DNA of 63,534 bases, filler included, from Trichosphaerium sp. ATCC 40318 (GCA_038496445.1; 4 parts of 4 records of this genome joined end to end with filler, not necessarily neighbours in it), one strand, 5' to 3'; positions 1-12,780 are shown, counted from the first letter of the whole stretch. Made by a program: numbers and translations. The notes: generated by a model from the sequence alone, not told the origin.

Positions 1-444
1 TCATCTGTTTGGATACATTGGAAGGGTACAGTGTTCTTTTTTTGGTTTCTTTCTTTTTATTATTAACGTGGTGTTTGTTTAGTTGTGGAAAACGTGTCGT
101 TGCTTTGGCTTCTGATGCTGGTAAGTTTACTTTTTAAACATCAGAAAATAATAAGAATGCCTTTTCGTGGCAGTTTCCGCCTTGGATTACCAACAGAACT
201 CAGTTGTAACCTTTTTTTAGGTGTAGCACTCACCAAAGCTGGCGCTGTGTACCCACACTTCCATGATCCTAGGTACAGATATTTAGTTCTTTTTTTTCTT
301 TATTTGGCTCATTTTTCTTGTTGTAGAGATCAAACATTGCGTATTGCTCCTTCTTTGCCTCCTGTTGCAGATTTGAAATTGGCAGCTAAAGGGCTTACCA
401 TATGCATTCAACTTGCTTCATTGGAGAAGCTTTTAGCTAATTAG
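1..444 (+). CDS. 3' end of a PLP-dependent aminotransferase, bacterial Rv3722c/AspT-type aspartate aminotransferase family; 5' truncated
   Basis: Splicing 3 GT-AG introns gives ICLDTLEGCGKRVVALASDAGVALTKAGAVYPHFHDPRDQTLRIAPSLPPVADLKLAAKGLTICIQLASLEKLLAN*. This resembles the family C-terminus as recalled (KRVVALA..AG..LT.AG..FP...DP....RIAPS.P). Confidence 0.75.
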
Positions 445-1060
445 TATTACCAAAACGAATGCGAAGACGCTGACGTTTCTGCAATTTTTTTTCGAGATAA
501 GCCTAAATAAATGTTATGTTTTAGTGCATCGTTCTACCTACTGAAGTAATTTATTCTCAAAAAAACATAGCTAGTACATTAACAAGAACCTTATAGAGCA
601 ATATCGCGTTTTTATTGCGTATTTACAAAATACCAGTTTGGCTGTCAAACTTGTACCATTCAGTGAATATTTTTTATTGTAAGATTGAAACGGTTTATGT
701 AAATTATTCAAAATTCTGATTTTATCACGAAGTTGACAACTGCTCCTATTACTTACCTTTTGGCCGACAGTAAACATGGACGGAGAAGTAATAACAGCGA
801 ATATTGAACCAAGTTCCACTATACCCAACGAGCTATGGTTTATGATGTTTAACGTGCGTTTGACACGCGTAATACAAAACCGTTTACAAGATAGCGATTT
901 CGCAGCGCTTTCAATCAGTTCCAACTAAACCATCACTAGGAGGTTCCTGATACCTGCTTACGCAATATAGCATGTGTTTGCGTACGTTTACCTAATTCTA
1001 CAAGTTTAACAACTTACAATCGGTTTAGCGCCAGTGGTACCACATTAGTCGCTATTTTAA

Positions 1061-3453
1061 ATGGTACAAAGAGCGTTACAATATTGTTTGAGCCTTTTCT
1101 GTCCTGCTATGTCCCGTTTTTTCACCAAGTACTTTAGGGTCGTTTTGACTACTTATGTCTTACGTCAGTACTCAAAACAAAGCATTGCATACTTCTTGAA
1201 GCTCAAAACCGAGCGGGTTTTCAAGCATGTTAAAATAAGTGAGAATTCAGATGCACACAAAATTCTTGAAGCAATGCGTATGCATCCGGAACTTCTCAAG
1301 TATTCTCTTAAGAAAACTAAGAGTGAAGACCTGGGTATTGTTTTTCATATTAACAGGAAGCTGTACGTTTTTTAGTTATGAGTTTGAACAAAGACAATCA
1401 AAAACTCCGAACTGGTGTCTTTCAGAAAACTAATTGTTTTCGTTTTTTTTCTTAGGTTGGAACAGATGATTTATGATGGAGAACCTTCTGTACCATTTCT
1501 TGTTCAAGTACTTCATAAATACCTTACGGCTGATTTGAAATACTTCTACGACCTTAAATACACAGAGGTAAGCGAGAAATTTTCTTCAAAAACACTGACT
1601 AGTTTGATTAAAGGTTGTTGATGTTCACTCAACTTTCTGGTCACAGTACAATCAAGACCTTAAAAAAAAAGTATCACAGGACTACTATTTGCCAACGGTA
1701 CAGTTACATAGCTTACTACATATATGATGACATAGATCTTAGGTGGCTTCTAGTACATTAGAGAAACCGGCTGCATTAAAATTGAATCTTCACAAGCATC
1801 AATATGATGCTATTTCTTGGATGGCGCATGGTGAAGATAACTTTCATAAGGGTAAGACGAATTTACTTTTGATTTGATTTAACGTTGTTCATTTTGATGT
1901 AGAGTTTTCGTATTGTACTCTTGCTCAATGGCCTAAACTTCGGTTGAATGCTTTCTATGACCTTGGTAAAAAACAGTTTGTTCCAGAACCAGAAAAGATG
2001 TACAAAGTCTCATTTGAAGGTACAACAAATCAACTATGTTGACAACCTCAAACAAATATTGTAGGTGGTGTTCTGGCAGCTAAAGATGCGCTTGGTACAA
2101 AAATGAAAGGTAAACAGATGCGCTGATAAATGAAACTAACTTGTGTCTACACTAGTGCTGGGTTTGATTCTTTCTAAGCCAGCACCTAAATGGGAAGATG
2201 ATTATTTCAAGCTAGATAATAAAAAGTTGGAGCCTCTTTGGAAGACAAAAGCAACTCTTATAATAACACAAAGTCATTCGTCTTGTTACTGGTTTGAAGT
2301 ATTTAATAGTCACATAAAGGAGGACTATGGACTAAAAATTGTACTTGTGACAACAGCAAAACAGTACAAGAATTACACACAAAAAGATATTTTGGATGCA
2401 GGTATGAAAAGCAAGCTTGGAAGATTGTTAGTTTTCTGATTTTATTCCAGATGTTGTGATCATATCCCACACGTTTTTGCGTAACCCAAGTTACATAAAT
2501 GTTGGTATGACAAGTGTTGCAACTTGTATTGCTACAAAGAAGCCGTTTGTAAGAATAAGAAGGATGCTCACAAATCGTCAACGTATGTCTAGAACAAGTA
2601 AACTGAGCAACATGAGGAAGGTAAGTGGGTTTAAATGAATTCAAAAAGTCATGCCTTCAAGCCATTTTATCTATCATTTTAACATTGTTGTTAAGGAAGC
2701 AAATGAACGTGAAGATGGAGGATCTTGTTTCCCTTTTGTCTTGAATAATTTTTACTGGCATCGTATCATCCTTGATGAAGGACATAACGTCCTTGAGAAA
2801 CAAGACCATTTCTACTTTGAAGAATTGTGTTCGTTTGAAGGAAGATCAAGGTGGGTTGCAAACGAAACACGTTTTCCAAACTGGTACGGTATCATTTCTA
2901 TCTGTTCTTTCTTCTACTTTCGTTTTAGGTGAACCAGACCCTATTTACTCTTCTTTTTAGGCTTACGATCAGTGGTACAATGAAATTCTTACGAGTCAAA
3001 TCTGATGATCCGAAGTTTAAAATCTATAACAGTCCAAACACACAAGAACAAGCATACTCAAAGTTCGTCTTTTTTTTTTCTACGGTTTTTTTTTTGTAAA
3101 ATCAAATGTTGTATTGACTAACTTATTACTGTAGCTATGTTATTGCTGATAAGCTATTCTCTAACCTCTATTGGTAAGAAACTACTTATTTTATACTCAA
3201 GTGTGAACTTACCAGTTAATGTTTCTGTAGGAGATGTAACACAAAACTAAGTACTAAAAACGAAATCCGTCTTGTAAATTTCAACATCAAGGAGCGCTCA
3301 ACCACTGGACGTAGAATCCTTCGTCCAAAGACTCGCCGGAGATCAATGGCAAGTAATGGAGACAAGATGATGGCAAATAATTTTGCAGCCATGAATATTA
3401 TGAAGGCCTATAGGTATACTGTTGATCGTAGTAAAAAGCACTTTGAACATTAA
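1061..3453 (+). CDS. Degenerate SNF2 (Rad5/Rad16-like) N-terminal ATPase-lobe protein, multi-exon
   Basis: Exons encode LNLHKHQYDAISWM (Q motif), GGVLAAKDALGTKM (eroded Walker A), WHRIILDEGH (Walker B) and RSRWVANETRFPN (eroded motif III). Start codon uncertain. Confidence 0.6.
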
Positions 3454-3505
3454 AACCACGTGATACGTTAAAGTCTCAAAAATAAAAAAATAAGTTGAAA
3501 GCAAA

Positions 3506-3616
3506 ATGAAAGTCCAAGTTGCTTTTCTTCTCTTCTCCTCTCTTATGGTGTTAGCTGCATATCAGTGCGCTTACCAAACACTACCGAAAATAAGAAACAA
3601 TACTGTACATCAATGA
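3506..3616 (+). pseudogene. 5' fragment (signal-peptide exon) of the secreted JAB-like family
   Basis: MKVQVAFLLFSSLMVLAAYQCAYQT closely matches MKVQAAFLLFSSFIVLSASQCAWQT at 7447, including the upstream AAAAATAAGTTGAAA; stops after 36 codons. Confidence 0.6.
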
Positions 3617-3679
3617 AAAACCAAGGCCTTAAGACAATGTCATTTCCACCTAGAGCACGCTTCCGTACTATCACTGTAG

Positions 3680-3830
3680 TTTTTCCACTGTACAAATTCC
3701 TACCTAGTACTCGGTAAAACTGCAGTATACACTTGAGATACAAATCGTTGCTCGCTGAGAAATGTTAAAACCGCCGAAATCCAGCAGCTATGTACTCTAG
3801 CGCTGGTTTTAGATGTCAATGTTGGCTGTA
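3680..3830. repeat. Dispersed non-coding repeat, copy 1 (other copy ~15280-15480, partial ~30288-30320)
   Basis: Shared blocks TTTCCACTGT..CCTAGTACT.GGTAAAAC..GTATAC.CTTGAGATACA..CGCCGAA..GCAGCTAT..GGTTTT.GAT.TCAATGTTG. Confidence 0.6.
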
Positions 3831-3981
3831 AACACTGGAAAACTTGTTTGGTGGACTCAGTATTGTGGTCATCGATGTTTTCGTTTACAGCGTCCAAGAA
3901 TCCTTTCATATGTCTTACAAGTAAAAAATTAATGAGAGGCCGTTAAGAAAACAACAAACGTAATACAAAAACGACAAATAT

Positions 3982-6867
3982 TTATTGGAGAAAACAGAAC
4001 AAACCAAGAAGAATTAACATATTGAACAGTATGTAGAGTTTTGTTGTTGTAGAACTTGATGTTACTGACACGAATGTTGGGGTTGTTGTAGGGTTTGAAG
4101 GCTGTGTTGGTATTCCAGCTGTAGGTGTTGTAGTAGTTGGCGGTAGCGTTGTTGGTATTGATGTAGTTGTTGGACTTTGTGGAACTGTCGGTGGAGGTGT
4201 ATTTGCTAAGGCTGTTGGTGATGCTGTTGAGGGAGTACTTGTAGTTGGTGCAATACTTGTAGGTGGTAGGGTTGTTGGAGTCTCTCTGGTAGGTGATTCC
4301 GTTGTCGGTGGGAGTGTGCCTGGTTGTAGCGTAGTTGGTGGCATAGTCGTTGGAGCAAGAGCTGGTGCTGCTGTTGTTGGTGGTAGCGTTGTTGGATTCG
4401 TTGTGGTGGGCGATGCTGTTGTTGGAGATAATGTTGTTGGATTCGCTGTGGTAGGCGATGCTGTTGTTGGAGGTAGAGTCGTTGGAGGCAGAGTCGTTGG
4501 AGGTAGTGTTGTTGGAGGTAGAGTAGTTGGAGGCAGTGTTGTTGGGGTCTCTGTGGTAGGCGATGCCGTTGTTGGAGGTAGAGTTGTTGGAGGTAGAGTT
4601 GTTGGAGGTAGAGTCGTTGGAGGTAGTGTTGTTGGAGGTAGTGTTGTTGGAGGCAAAGTTGTAGGTGGTGGCTGAGTAGTTGGCGGTGGAGGAGGGTTGT
4701 ATTTGAAAGCAGAGATTCCCAAACTGACAGTAACATTCTCTTCTGTTTTGATGACAGACAGTGTTGTAGCGTTGATGTGTACTAAGTTGCCATTTCTACA
4801 AGAGCCAACAAGAACATCACTTGATATTGGTGTGATACCTTTTAAGGTAATTGTAAGTTTGAGAACGTAAAAAAAAATGATTGATTGACGTACCTGCCAT
4901 TTCACAATTGGGGATTGATGCTGAAGTATTGGGCAAACATGAACCAGCCATAAAATTAGTTGCTTGAGTTACTTGGTTAGTACCAGCAATATACAGAACG
5001 TCACCGATAATTGTACCTAACACAATTTAGCAAAAAAAGCTTTTTGTAACTAATAGTTGTAGTGTACCACCAGACGCTAGTGTTGTTTGGTCGTTGCAAT
5101 GATGAGAATATTCACAGGTCTCCATATCAATTTCTAGGATGACAGGGCCTAAACTCTCACCAAAAATCCTTCCACTTTCTGCATCTACCATCAAACCAAA
5201 TGTATTAGCGACAACAGTGCAAGTCCTATCCTATTCAAGGAAGTTAATACATAAACAATTTTTCACTGATCAACAAAATGTTTGCAAAAAAGCAACGTAC
5301 GATTTCACATGTGTAAGGATCAACCGTGAATATCCTACTATTTAAATTGATGTATATGACTTTATCGATAGCACTGCTATATGCTAGCGCACTTGGAATA
5401 CTACCCAGACCTGGTGTAGAACAACCTGGTAGAAGGATTAATAAATAAGGTAGAAAACAACAGTAACTTACCACCAGCAATAACATTTGTGTTTGAAATC
5501 ATTCGATAATCAAATCCTGGTTGGTCTTGTACTGTATCTCCTCTTCCAGTGATAAATACATCTATTACACCTCCATCTGGAGCTATTGTAGGTTGTAGAG
5601 TGGGTGCTTCAGTACTAGGTGATGCAGTAGTAAAAGGAGCGATTGTTGTTGACACATCATAGAACATTGATGTGATTATACGTCCATTTGATATACTTGT
5701 GGAGTAGGCTGATATTGCTCCTGTGTTGATATTAAATTTGCTGAAGCCGAAAATAGACGATGTAACCACTTCATCATCTGAAATAAAAGCGAGTGCTAAG
5801 AAGAGTAAATCAGAAAAAAAGGAACTTAAGACATTACAAACACATACCAGCAGGGGGAAAAGGTATTGCGAGAGTGCCTGTTGTAGAAGATGCAATACAA
5901 TTTGGTGCATTAAAAGAAGGAATAACTGATATTAATCCATTAATACTACTTGCTACCAGTGTTGAATCGCTAAACACGACTATAGATTGAAAGCAATTAG
6001 TAGTGGAACATAAAAGTACAAATACGTTTAACTCTTTTGTAAAGTACGAAAATAAACGAACGAAAAAAAACGTAGCCGGCAGTTTTCCAACCTGTAGTCT
6101 TTCCAAAAAAGGAGATGAGGAATTTCAGAAAATAAAAAATATTGTTTTGCGAAATACTCGTTTTGTAACGTAGCAAATGTAATCGAGACGCACGCGCTGA
6201 TCCTGAGGCAGTTAAATTAGCTTCACAGGCAAGGGAAAAAGTGATATCAGTCGTATTGCAGGTTGAGTAGTCTATTTCGGTAAAAAACGTAGTTCCGATT
6301 TCATTTGCTGCACTACTAATGGCGTAAAGTATCTCAGTGTTTGGATCTACGCTTATTGAAGAGAACCCGAAGCTTAAATTGCATTCCTCCTATAGTTAGT
6401 TTTAATATTGTGTTTGCTTGAAACTGAGGTTAAATAGACCAAGGCTATCGCTCTCGGGTAGAATTAGAAAATAAAACACAAATGTAGGAGCGATAGCCGA
6501 CTTTGAGTATTTGAACGTTGCAATTCTCTTGAAAGACGTGCGTACTTGTATTTGACATGTATAAGGGTCCATAATAAGGAGGGTTGAGGCTATTGGGTTT
6601 TGTTGAGGTGTTGCAACAAAAAGCAAGTTTTTAGAAGGCAAGTATGTCATTGTTCTTACCCCTGGGATTGAGCATGCTACGATAATTTGTTAAAAAAATA
6701 TAAATACTTTTTTTGTGATACGTACAGTGTACAACTATGTTATCGTTTGCAATCATGCGTATTTGGATTCCACTGGGATCAGAATTTATAAAGGCGTTAG
6801 GGGTTTGTGTTGCGGCCAACCCGATAATGATGGCGACGAGAACAAATGCATGTCCACTGTAATTCAT
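3982..6867 (-). CDS. Mucin-like, probably GPI-anchored surface glycoprotein: two globular modules plus PTTLP stalk
   Basis: Signal peptide MNYSGHAFVLVAIIIGLAATQ; multiple short introns; (PPTTL)n stalk; hydrophobic C-terminus KLYILFNMLILLGLFCFLQ* with no cytosolic tail. Confidence 0.75.
4340..4700 (-). repeat. 15-bp coding tandem repeat (PPTTL/PTTAS)
   Basis: GGAGGTAGAGTTGTT-like units on the + strand. Confidence 0.9.
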
Positions 6868-7440
6868 TGCAAGTTATGCTTTGCTTGTTATGTTGGTACA
6901 ATTTTGTTTTTGGTTAGCTAAAACCGGGTCCAAAAATAGAGTGTGTTCCTAATTATTCTATTATTCAGAAAAAAATTCCACTTCCGTTTTTTTGCATTTA
7001 GTTATCATCTGATATCCTGCACAGCATCAATCATCAATTTGACAACAAACTTTCTTGGATAAAAGTGACTAGGCCTCATACGCTTATTTACGCGTAGAAT
7101 AGCGGACCTAGAGTATGTACAAGGTCGTTTGTGGAGTTTTACCAGAAAGGAGATTTTATAACTTCTTACACGAGTTGCTCCCTTAACATCAATGACAACA
7201 GCGACAAAGAGATTTCATATGAATAACAAGGTAGTGAAATGAAACAATTCCGGAAAATAAGATTCCGTCTGAGTTTGTGTTGCGTACTAACCACTATGCT
7301 ATACCAAACGTATTAACGCTCACTCTGGAGTATGGTGGAACCTGATACGACATTTAGGCCGTGGGTTCTTCAAAAGGCACGTGAAGTAAAGTACCTAAAA
7401 AGTCTTTGTTTGGTCAAAAATAAAAAAAATTAAGTTGAAA

Positions 7441-8438
7441 ATGAAAATGAAAGTTCAAGCCGCTTTTCTTCTCTTCTCCTCTTTCATCGTTTTATCTGCA
7501 TCTCAATGCGCTTGGCAAACACAACCAACAGTATGGAACACTGTTGGTAAATTCGTTCTTTACAAAATAGATCAACCAAACACGCACGTGATCCTCTGTT
7601 ACCACCTGTTCACTCTTTGTGTCTAATGCTTGTTTTTCTCCTTTTTTAAACGACTTGTTTACATTTCTGTAGTCCTACTCTTCTCGCAACACAGTTGAGT
7701 CCTCCAGCAACACCAACATCATACAATAACTGGAAGAGTTGGGTATTGAAGACTTTTTCATCTGCAGTTGACCCTCTTGACCAACGAGCACTTCTCGAAG
7801 TACGTAAACGCACCAAACGTACAAAGAAAGTAAAACACTAACTTGAAAAAAAAGAGACAACGTAAAATCTTCGCTGGTGCTGGATTGTCAACCAAAAATT
7901 GGGATGTTATGTTGGACGGAAAAGTAGGAACAATATCAAACATCACATGCCTGGAATATCTGTTGTACAACCTCCAAAATGAAAGATTTCCATTAGATAA
8001 GAATCCATCTGAGTTCGGCACATGGGTTCTTCAAAAGGCACGTGACAAAATAAAAAAGTGCCTGGAAAACTTAGCACAATTTGACTTGCGTAATGTTTAG
8101 GGAATGATTGGCGCCTTTATGTACAACTAGGACCTGATGCCAGCGTTTCTCCAACATCACAAATCACAAGTGCTGTAAGCGCAGATATCAGATCAGGATA
8201 CACTTTTGTTTCATTCCTTCACCTTCACCCTTTCTTTCCAAATTTACCAGGTGACATCGCTGGAACATGTGTGCCAAGCGATCCTGACTTGAATACATTC
8301 AAGTACTTCATGCAAAACGAGAACATGAAAAACGCATGGATCTGTAACGGTGTTTCAAGCTTCAAGTTTCCAATGACTCAATGTCTTCCTATCCGGTTCT
8401 TTGACGGGAGTAAAGAATACCACCAATGGATGTCTTGA
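7441..8438 (+). pseudogene. Secreted JAB/MPN-like metalloprotein, disrupted by stops and a frameshift
   Basis: Signal peptide; later exons give NPSEFGTWVLQK and FLHLHPFFPNLPGDIAGTCVPSDPDL (E...HxH...PSxxD). In-frame stops near 7736-7770 and a 1-nt deletion near 8101 relative to the copy at 13240. Confidence 0.5.
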
Positions 8439-8538
8439 TTGTTTCCCAGACGATCAAAACATTGTAGATCTCACAGCAAGTAACGGCCATGTACACCTAT
8501 TGTAATAAAACAAATACTCGTTGCTGGACTTTTATATC

Positions 8539-10349
8539 TTATTTCGAACCTTGAGCCATGATGTCTGCGTCTGACAGACCAAGTACCACCTTTGGGAACG
8601 TAACTTACATATGTTCAGAGTATGGCCTGACATAGTTTCAAGCTGAAATATACACACGATACTGTTTCAGGCAAGTCAAAATAATATCTAGTACTAGTAC
8701 ATTTGTGTATCTGAATCGGTATCAATCGAAAGCCCGTTTTCGTTGATAACCTTTGAGACGAAATGGTTTCAATTAAGCAACAATATCCATCCAGCTCCGA
8801 ATTCTTTTCAAGAACACATGACTGCTTTCCAATCAAAAGAGTAGCTACATTGATATTGCCCCGTATGGTGATTTTTTAATAATTATTTATTGAAATACAT
8901 GTTCCTTTTGCGATTAGAGTACTCTCGCAAGGATATCTTTTTTTGAAAAAACTAAAGTCTAAACATCTTGATTACATCAAGATAGTTACCATATTTTATG
9001 ACCTTCCTGTTGTGATAACACAAGGTGAATTTTTCACGTGTTCTCCACCTATCATAATACGTATTTCGTATTCAGAATTTTGTTCTGTAGGTGTGAAAGA
9101 AACTGAGCAATTGCCTTGTTTGTAAGGATTAACATTACTGCTTGGGTCAACTTCATTCTATCGTACCATCTTGATGATCTCTCAGTTTAACACCTTTGAG
9201 TTTATTTCCTTGGCCATCAACATCAAGACTAGCACCACCTGAGGTTAAACAAATTGTGAGCTATTGCATAGATTGTTGTGTAATTTGTTCCAAACTGTAC
9301 CATTCAATACAGAAGCTCCGTTCATATCCTTTACTTGGATAGTTATAGTTACTTGTTCATTTGCTTTTGCGTGCTTAGAATAGAAAGCTTCGGAATGTGT
9401 AGCATGTGCGTGTTTAACTGAAATCATGTCAGCAAATTGTTGTACATTTGTTCTCAATAGAAGTGACGTACTCTCGGAGCAGCTGACCTCAACATTTTGA
9501 AAATATGTATCTGTACCAACAAGCAAAGAGAATATGTGCTTTACCGGCTTTGTTGGCATAAATTCAAAAGAGTAAGAACAATCCTACACGGGAATTAGAA
9601 TATCTTATAGCAAAAAACAGTTGTTGGATAAAGCGGACGGCCGTACTCTATTATCTGAAGGTGTTATACGCATACGTGATGGTTCACTAAAAATCCAATT
9701 TATTTCATCTACTGGTAGCCTTCGAGACCTTCCCTATCAATGGTTATGATCCAGTTTGCAGAAAAAGTTGCTTTGATTTTAAACCGTTTTTTTTTGGGAT
9801 ATCTCACCGTCTCATCCTTTGACAGTACAACCCATCTTGCTTTTTGACCAACGAACATCTCAGTAGGTCCCATTAAGGACAAATGACGTTCCTTTATAGA
9901 CTTTAGAGAAACAATTGCCGTTTCTTAAAAAACCAGTAAAACCAAAAGCGTACGCCTCTAAAATCGCTGAGAGGCGATTCAATACGGTATTTTGCCATTT
10001 CTTCTTCGTCTCTGGCGCTAAGAGCTCCAGATATATCGGATAGAAGCTTAGATAGATCATTTCCTACACTGGCGCTATCACCTGTACTTTTGGGTACTAA
10101 ACGAGGCACAATAGGTGTAACAACGCGTGGAGATGCCTGTGGAGTGATACTACCACCATAAGTACTTATTTCTGCAACGAGTTGCGCTAGTTCGTTTTCT
10201 ATCATGTCGCTATCATCTTAGGCGCATGATTAGAAATAGAAAGCAAAAGTATAATAAACCGAACCAGCTTTTACAACAGGAGCAGCCTTTTCTTGCTTCT
10301 CTACGCGAGGAGATTCCAATTGTGATATTAGTGAGTCAATATCGTCCAT
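8539..10349 (-). CDS. Multi-exon protein with N-terminal paxillin-type LD-like motifs and a possible filamin/Ig-like region
   Basis: Starts MDDIDSLISQLES; later ELAQLVAEIS and DLSKLLSDIS; segment AHATHSEAFYSKHAKANEQVTITIQVKDMNG resembles a filamin-type Ig repeat. Confidence 0.5.
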
Positions 10350-10576
10350 TTCAGTTTTGTTCTAATTGCAAAAATAAGAATGCAGCGAGGCTTGCGAATA
10401 AAAAAAGTCCAACGAAGTCCAACACAATCAAAATGTCACCCTAGCACAAAAACACCACAAAACGATTCACTTTTTCGGCACTTGTCGTTAGCGAGTCTAC
10501 ACAGCTAAGTACATTAAACGACGCAATAGTATAAGGCTTAATTATAAAAGTTGCACACGTGCTTTGTTTTTAGTTT

Positions 10577-11355
10577 TTAGTATCTAATGCCTTGTCCATC
10601 CCAAAACCTGTGCTCACCTGCTTGTACACCTTGTATATAATAACAGCGCTGCCATATTTGTCCATTAGTATGCCAATATCTTAGTACACCGTGAACTCTA
10701 CCGTTAACGTAGTTGCATTGTTCTTTTAATTTACCATTTTCATGCCAATGTTTGTATTCTCCTTCAGTCTTACCATTTATTAGACAATACTTCTTTGCCA
10801 AGTTGCCATTTTCATGCCATTGCTTGTATTCACCTTCTATTTTACCCTCTACATAATAATATAGGGCTGCTATTTTACCGTTTTCATGCCACTCCTTGTA
10901 CTCTCCTTCTCTTTTATCATTTGCAAACTCACACTTCACCCTTACTTTGCCATCAATGTACCACCTCTTGTATTCTCCATGTAGTTTACCCTCTTTGTAT
11001 TTGCACTGCTTCTTCAGTTTCTCGGAATAAGTACCAGTATGCCACTCCTTGCTTGTTCCGTGCAGTAGACCATGATTGAAGTACTGTTGACAAGCCAGTA
11101 CTCCGTCTATTCTCTTCAACCACTTACCATTTTTGTTCAAGTCCTTATCAAACCTTGTTGTAGACGCCGCATATTTTGACATTAGAGGCCATTTAAGATA
11201 TATCTCATTGTCCAAATCAATAATATCAAGTTGCAGCTCCACAGGAAGGTGTAAAACGCTGTAGTGCTCAGCAAGCTTGACGGTACTAGTCTATTTGAGG
11301 TGATTTAGTTACGTAAAGTTAGCTAGTAATGCAGTACCTTTTTATAGTGTGCCAT
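10577..11355 (-). CDS. F-box-like + MORN-variant (MORN_2/YwqK-like) repeat protein
   Basis: ATG 11355, one 47-nt intron (11291-11337), LHLPVELQLDIIDLDNEIYLKWPLMSK, then ~24-aa repeats GK.EGEYK.WHENG. Confidence 0.75.
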
Positions 11356-11937
11356 CCTTTATTTATGATGGACACAGCCGTTGTGAAACGATAGTGTGCC
11401 ATAGTGGTGAACTAACCAAAACCCTTTAACACAACAATCAAGTCCCTTTCTTTTTTAAATATATTAAGGCTCCTGCGTAGGAAATACCATTAAAAGAATA
11501 TCCAATACCTAGAATGTATTAGTAAAATTTTCTTAGAATTGTTAATGTCTAGATTTCGTTGCATAAACCTCAAGCATCTAAAATATAGCGCAGGTACACT
11601 TTGGTTGTAACCAAAACATCCAATTTAACAAAAACAATACAACCACCCAAACAATCAATCCTACACTGAAAGCCAAAGGATAATACTTGAAACGTGTGAC
11701 AAAGACAACTGTTGCTCGATTATGTCATGGTAAAGGAGGCCGATGCTATTCACAATGTGATGAGCACTTAAAGCGTACACGAAAGTATCGTAAACAGTTG
11801 TGTAGAAGTGAAGGTATCAAAGCACTCAAGGGCGTTTATAGTATTTATCTCAAAGAGTGTAAGAACCGTGGTACAACAAAACTGGGGTCAGACAACACAA
11901 TGTCACTAGCATCTTTAGTTAACTTGCAATTTGTACT

Positions 11938-12780
11938 TTATTTAGGATTCCATGTAATGCCTAACGCTTCAACAGCTTCCTTTGTAATTGCTGTGTTTTC
12001 TCCATTGATGTCTATTGATTTGAGAAACTTCAAGTGTGGAAGACAATCACTTGTTATTCCTGGACAATTGAAAAGTGTAAGATGCTCCAGATGTACTAAC
12101 TGCTTTAACCCTTCATCTGTTATAAAAGAAAAACTTATGTCAAGATGTTTGACCTTAGTCAAACATTTAATGCCGTCATCTGTAACATAGGCACCCACAT
12201 AAATATGAACTATAGGTACATTACCAAGATGTCTAAGCCATGCGTCACATGTTCGACCAAGCACTATTGTATGTACATCTTTAAGAGCTTTTATCCCTTC
12301 AACAGTAATGTTATCACAGTTGTAAACATCTATTGTGTGTACACCACTGAGCGCTTTCAATGAAGTGTCTGTTACATTTGTTGAGCTCAAGCTAATACTA
12401 TGAATATTATGCTTTCCTCCTTGTGTCAGTAAGACGATATCTCTATCTGTAACCTTTGTATACCCAAAATCTATGGTATGAACGCCAAAAAGGCATGATA
12501 TGTCACTTTTTGATAGCTTCAAACCCCAAACAACATTAATTTTAGTGTTTTTAAGTAAAGGACTGCCTTTGAGAACAGAGAAATCAGGTATCCATTTCAA
12601 TTTAATACTTTTGAAGCCGATATTGTAGCGGATGATGTTATTGAATAGATGAGAGACTATAGAAGCTCTAATACGCTGTTTTTTATCCAAGTAGGTTAAA
12701 ATATGTGTTAACGTCTCTGGCGGAAGCTGCTGAAGCGGCTTGATTTGTTTTATTTCATGTAAGTGACGTTTTGATGACAT
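11938..12780 (-). CDS. F-box + leucine-rich repeat protein, intronless
   Basis: LQQLPPETLTHILTYLDKKQRIRASIVSHLF F-box; repeats VHTID...ITDEGIKAL. Confidence 0.85.
   Translation of the reverse strand: MSSKRHLHEIKQIKPLQQLPPETLTHILTYLDKKQRIRASIVSHLFNNIIRYNIGFKSIKLKWIPDFSVLKGSPLLKNTKINVVWGLKLSKSDISCLFGVHTIDFGYTKVTDRDIVLLTQGGKHNIHSISLSSTNVTDTSLKALSGVHTIDVYNCDNITVEGIKALKDVHTIVLGRTCDAWLRHLGNVPIVHIYVGAYVTDDGIKCLTKVKHLDISFSFITDEGLKQLVHLEHLTLFNCPGITSDCLPHLKFLKSIDINGENTAITKEAVEALGITWNPK

Noticed and set aside
571-924. 117-aa ORF (also ORFs at 28134-28397)
   Set aside because: No recognisable motifs or supportable gene structure.
4206-4736. Gln/Leu-rich and Val/Gly-rich ORFs (also 19522-20030)
   Set aside because: Alternative-frame and antisense shadows of the stop-free PTTLP repeat.
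10577-11242. Bacterial YwqK antitoxin or contamination
   Set aside because: Has a spliceosomal intron, an F-box-like N-terminus and eukaryotic neighbours; no cognate toxin.
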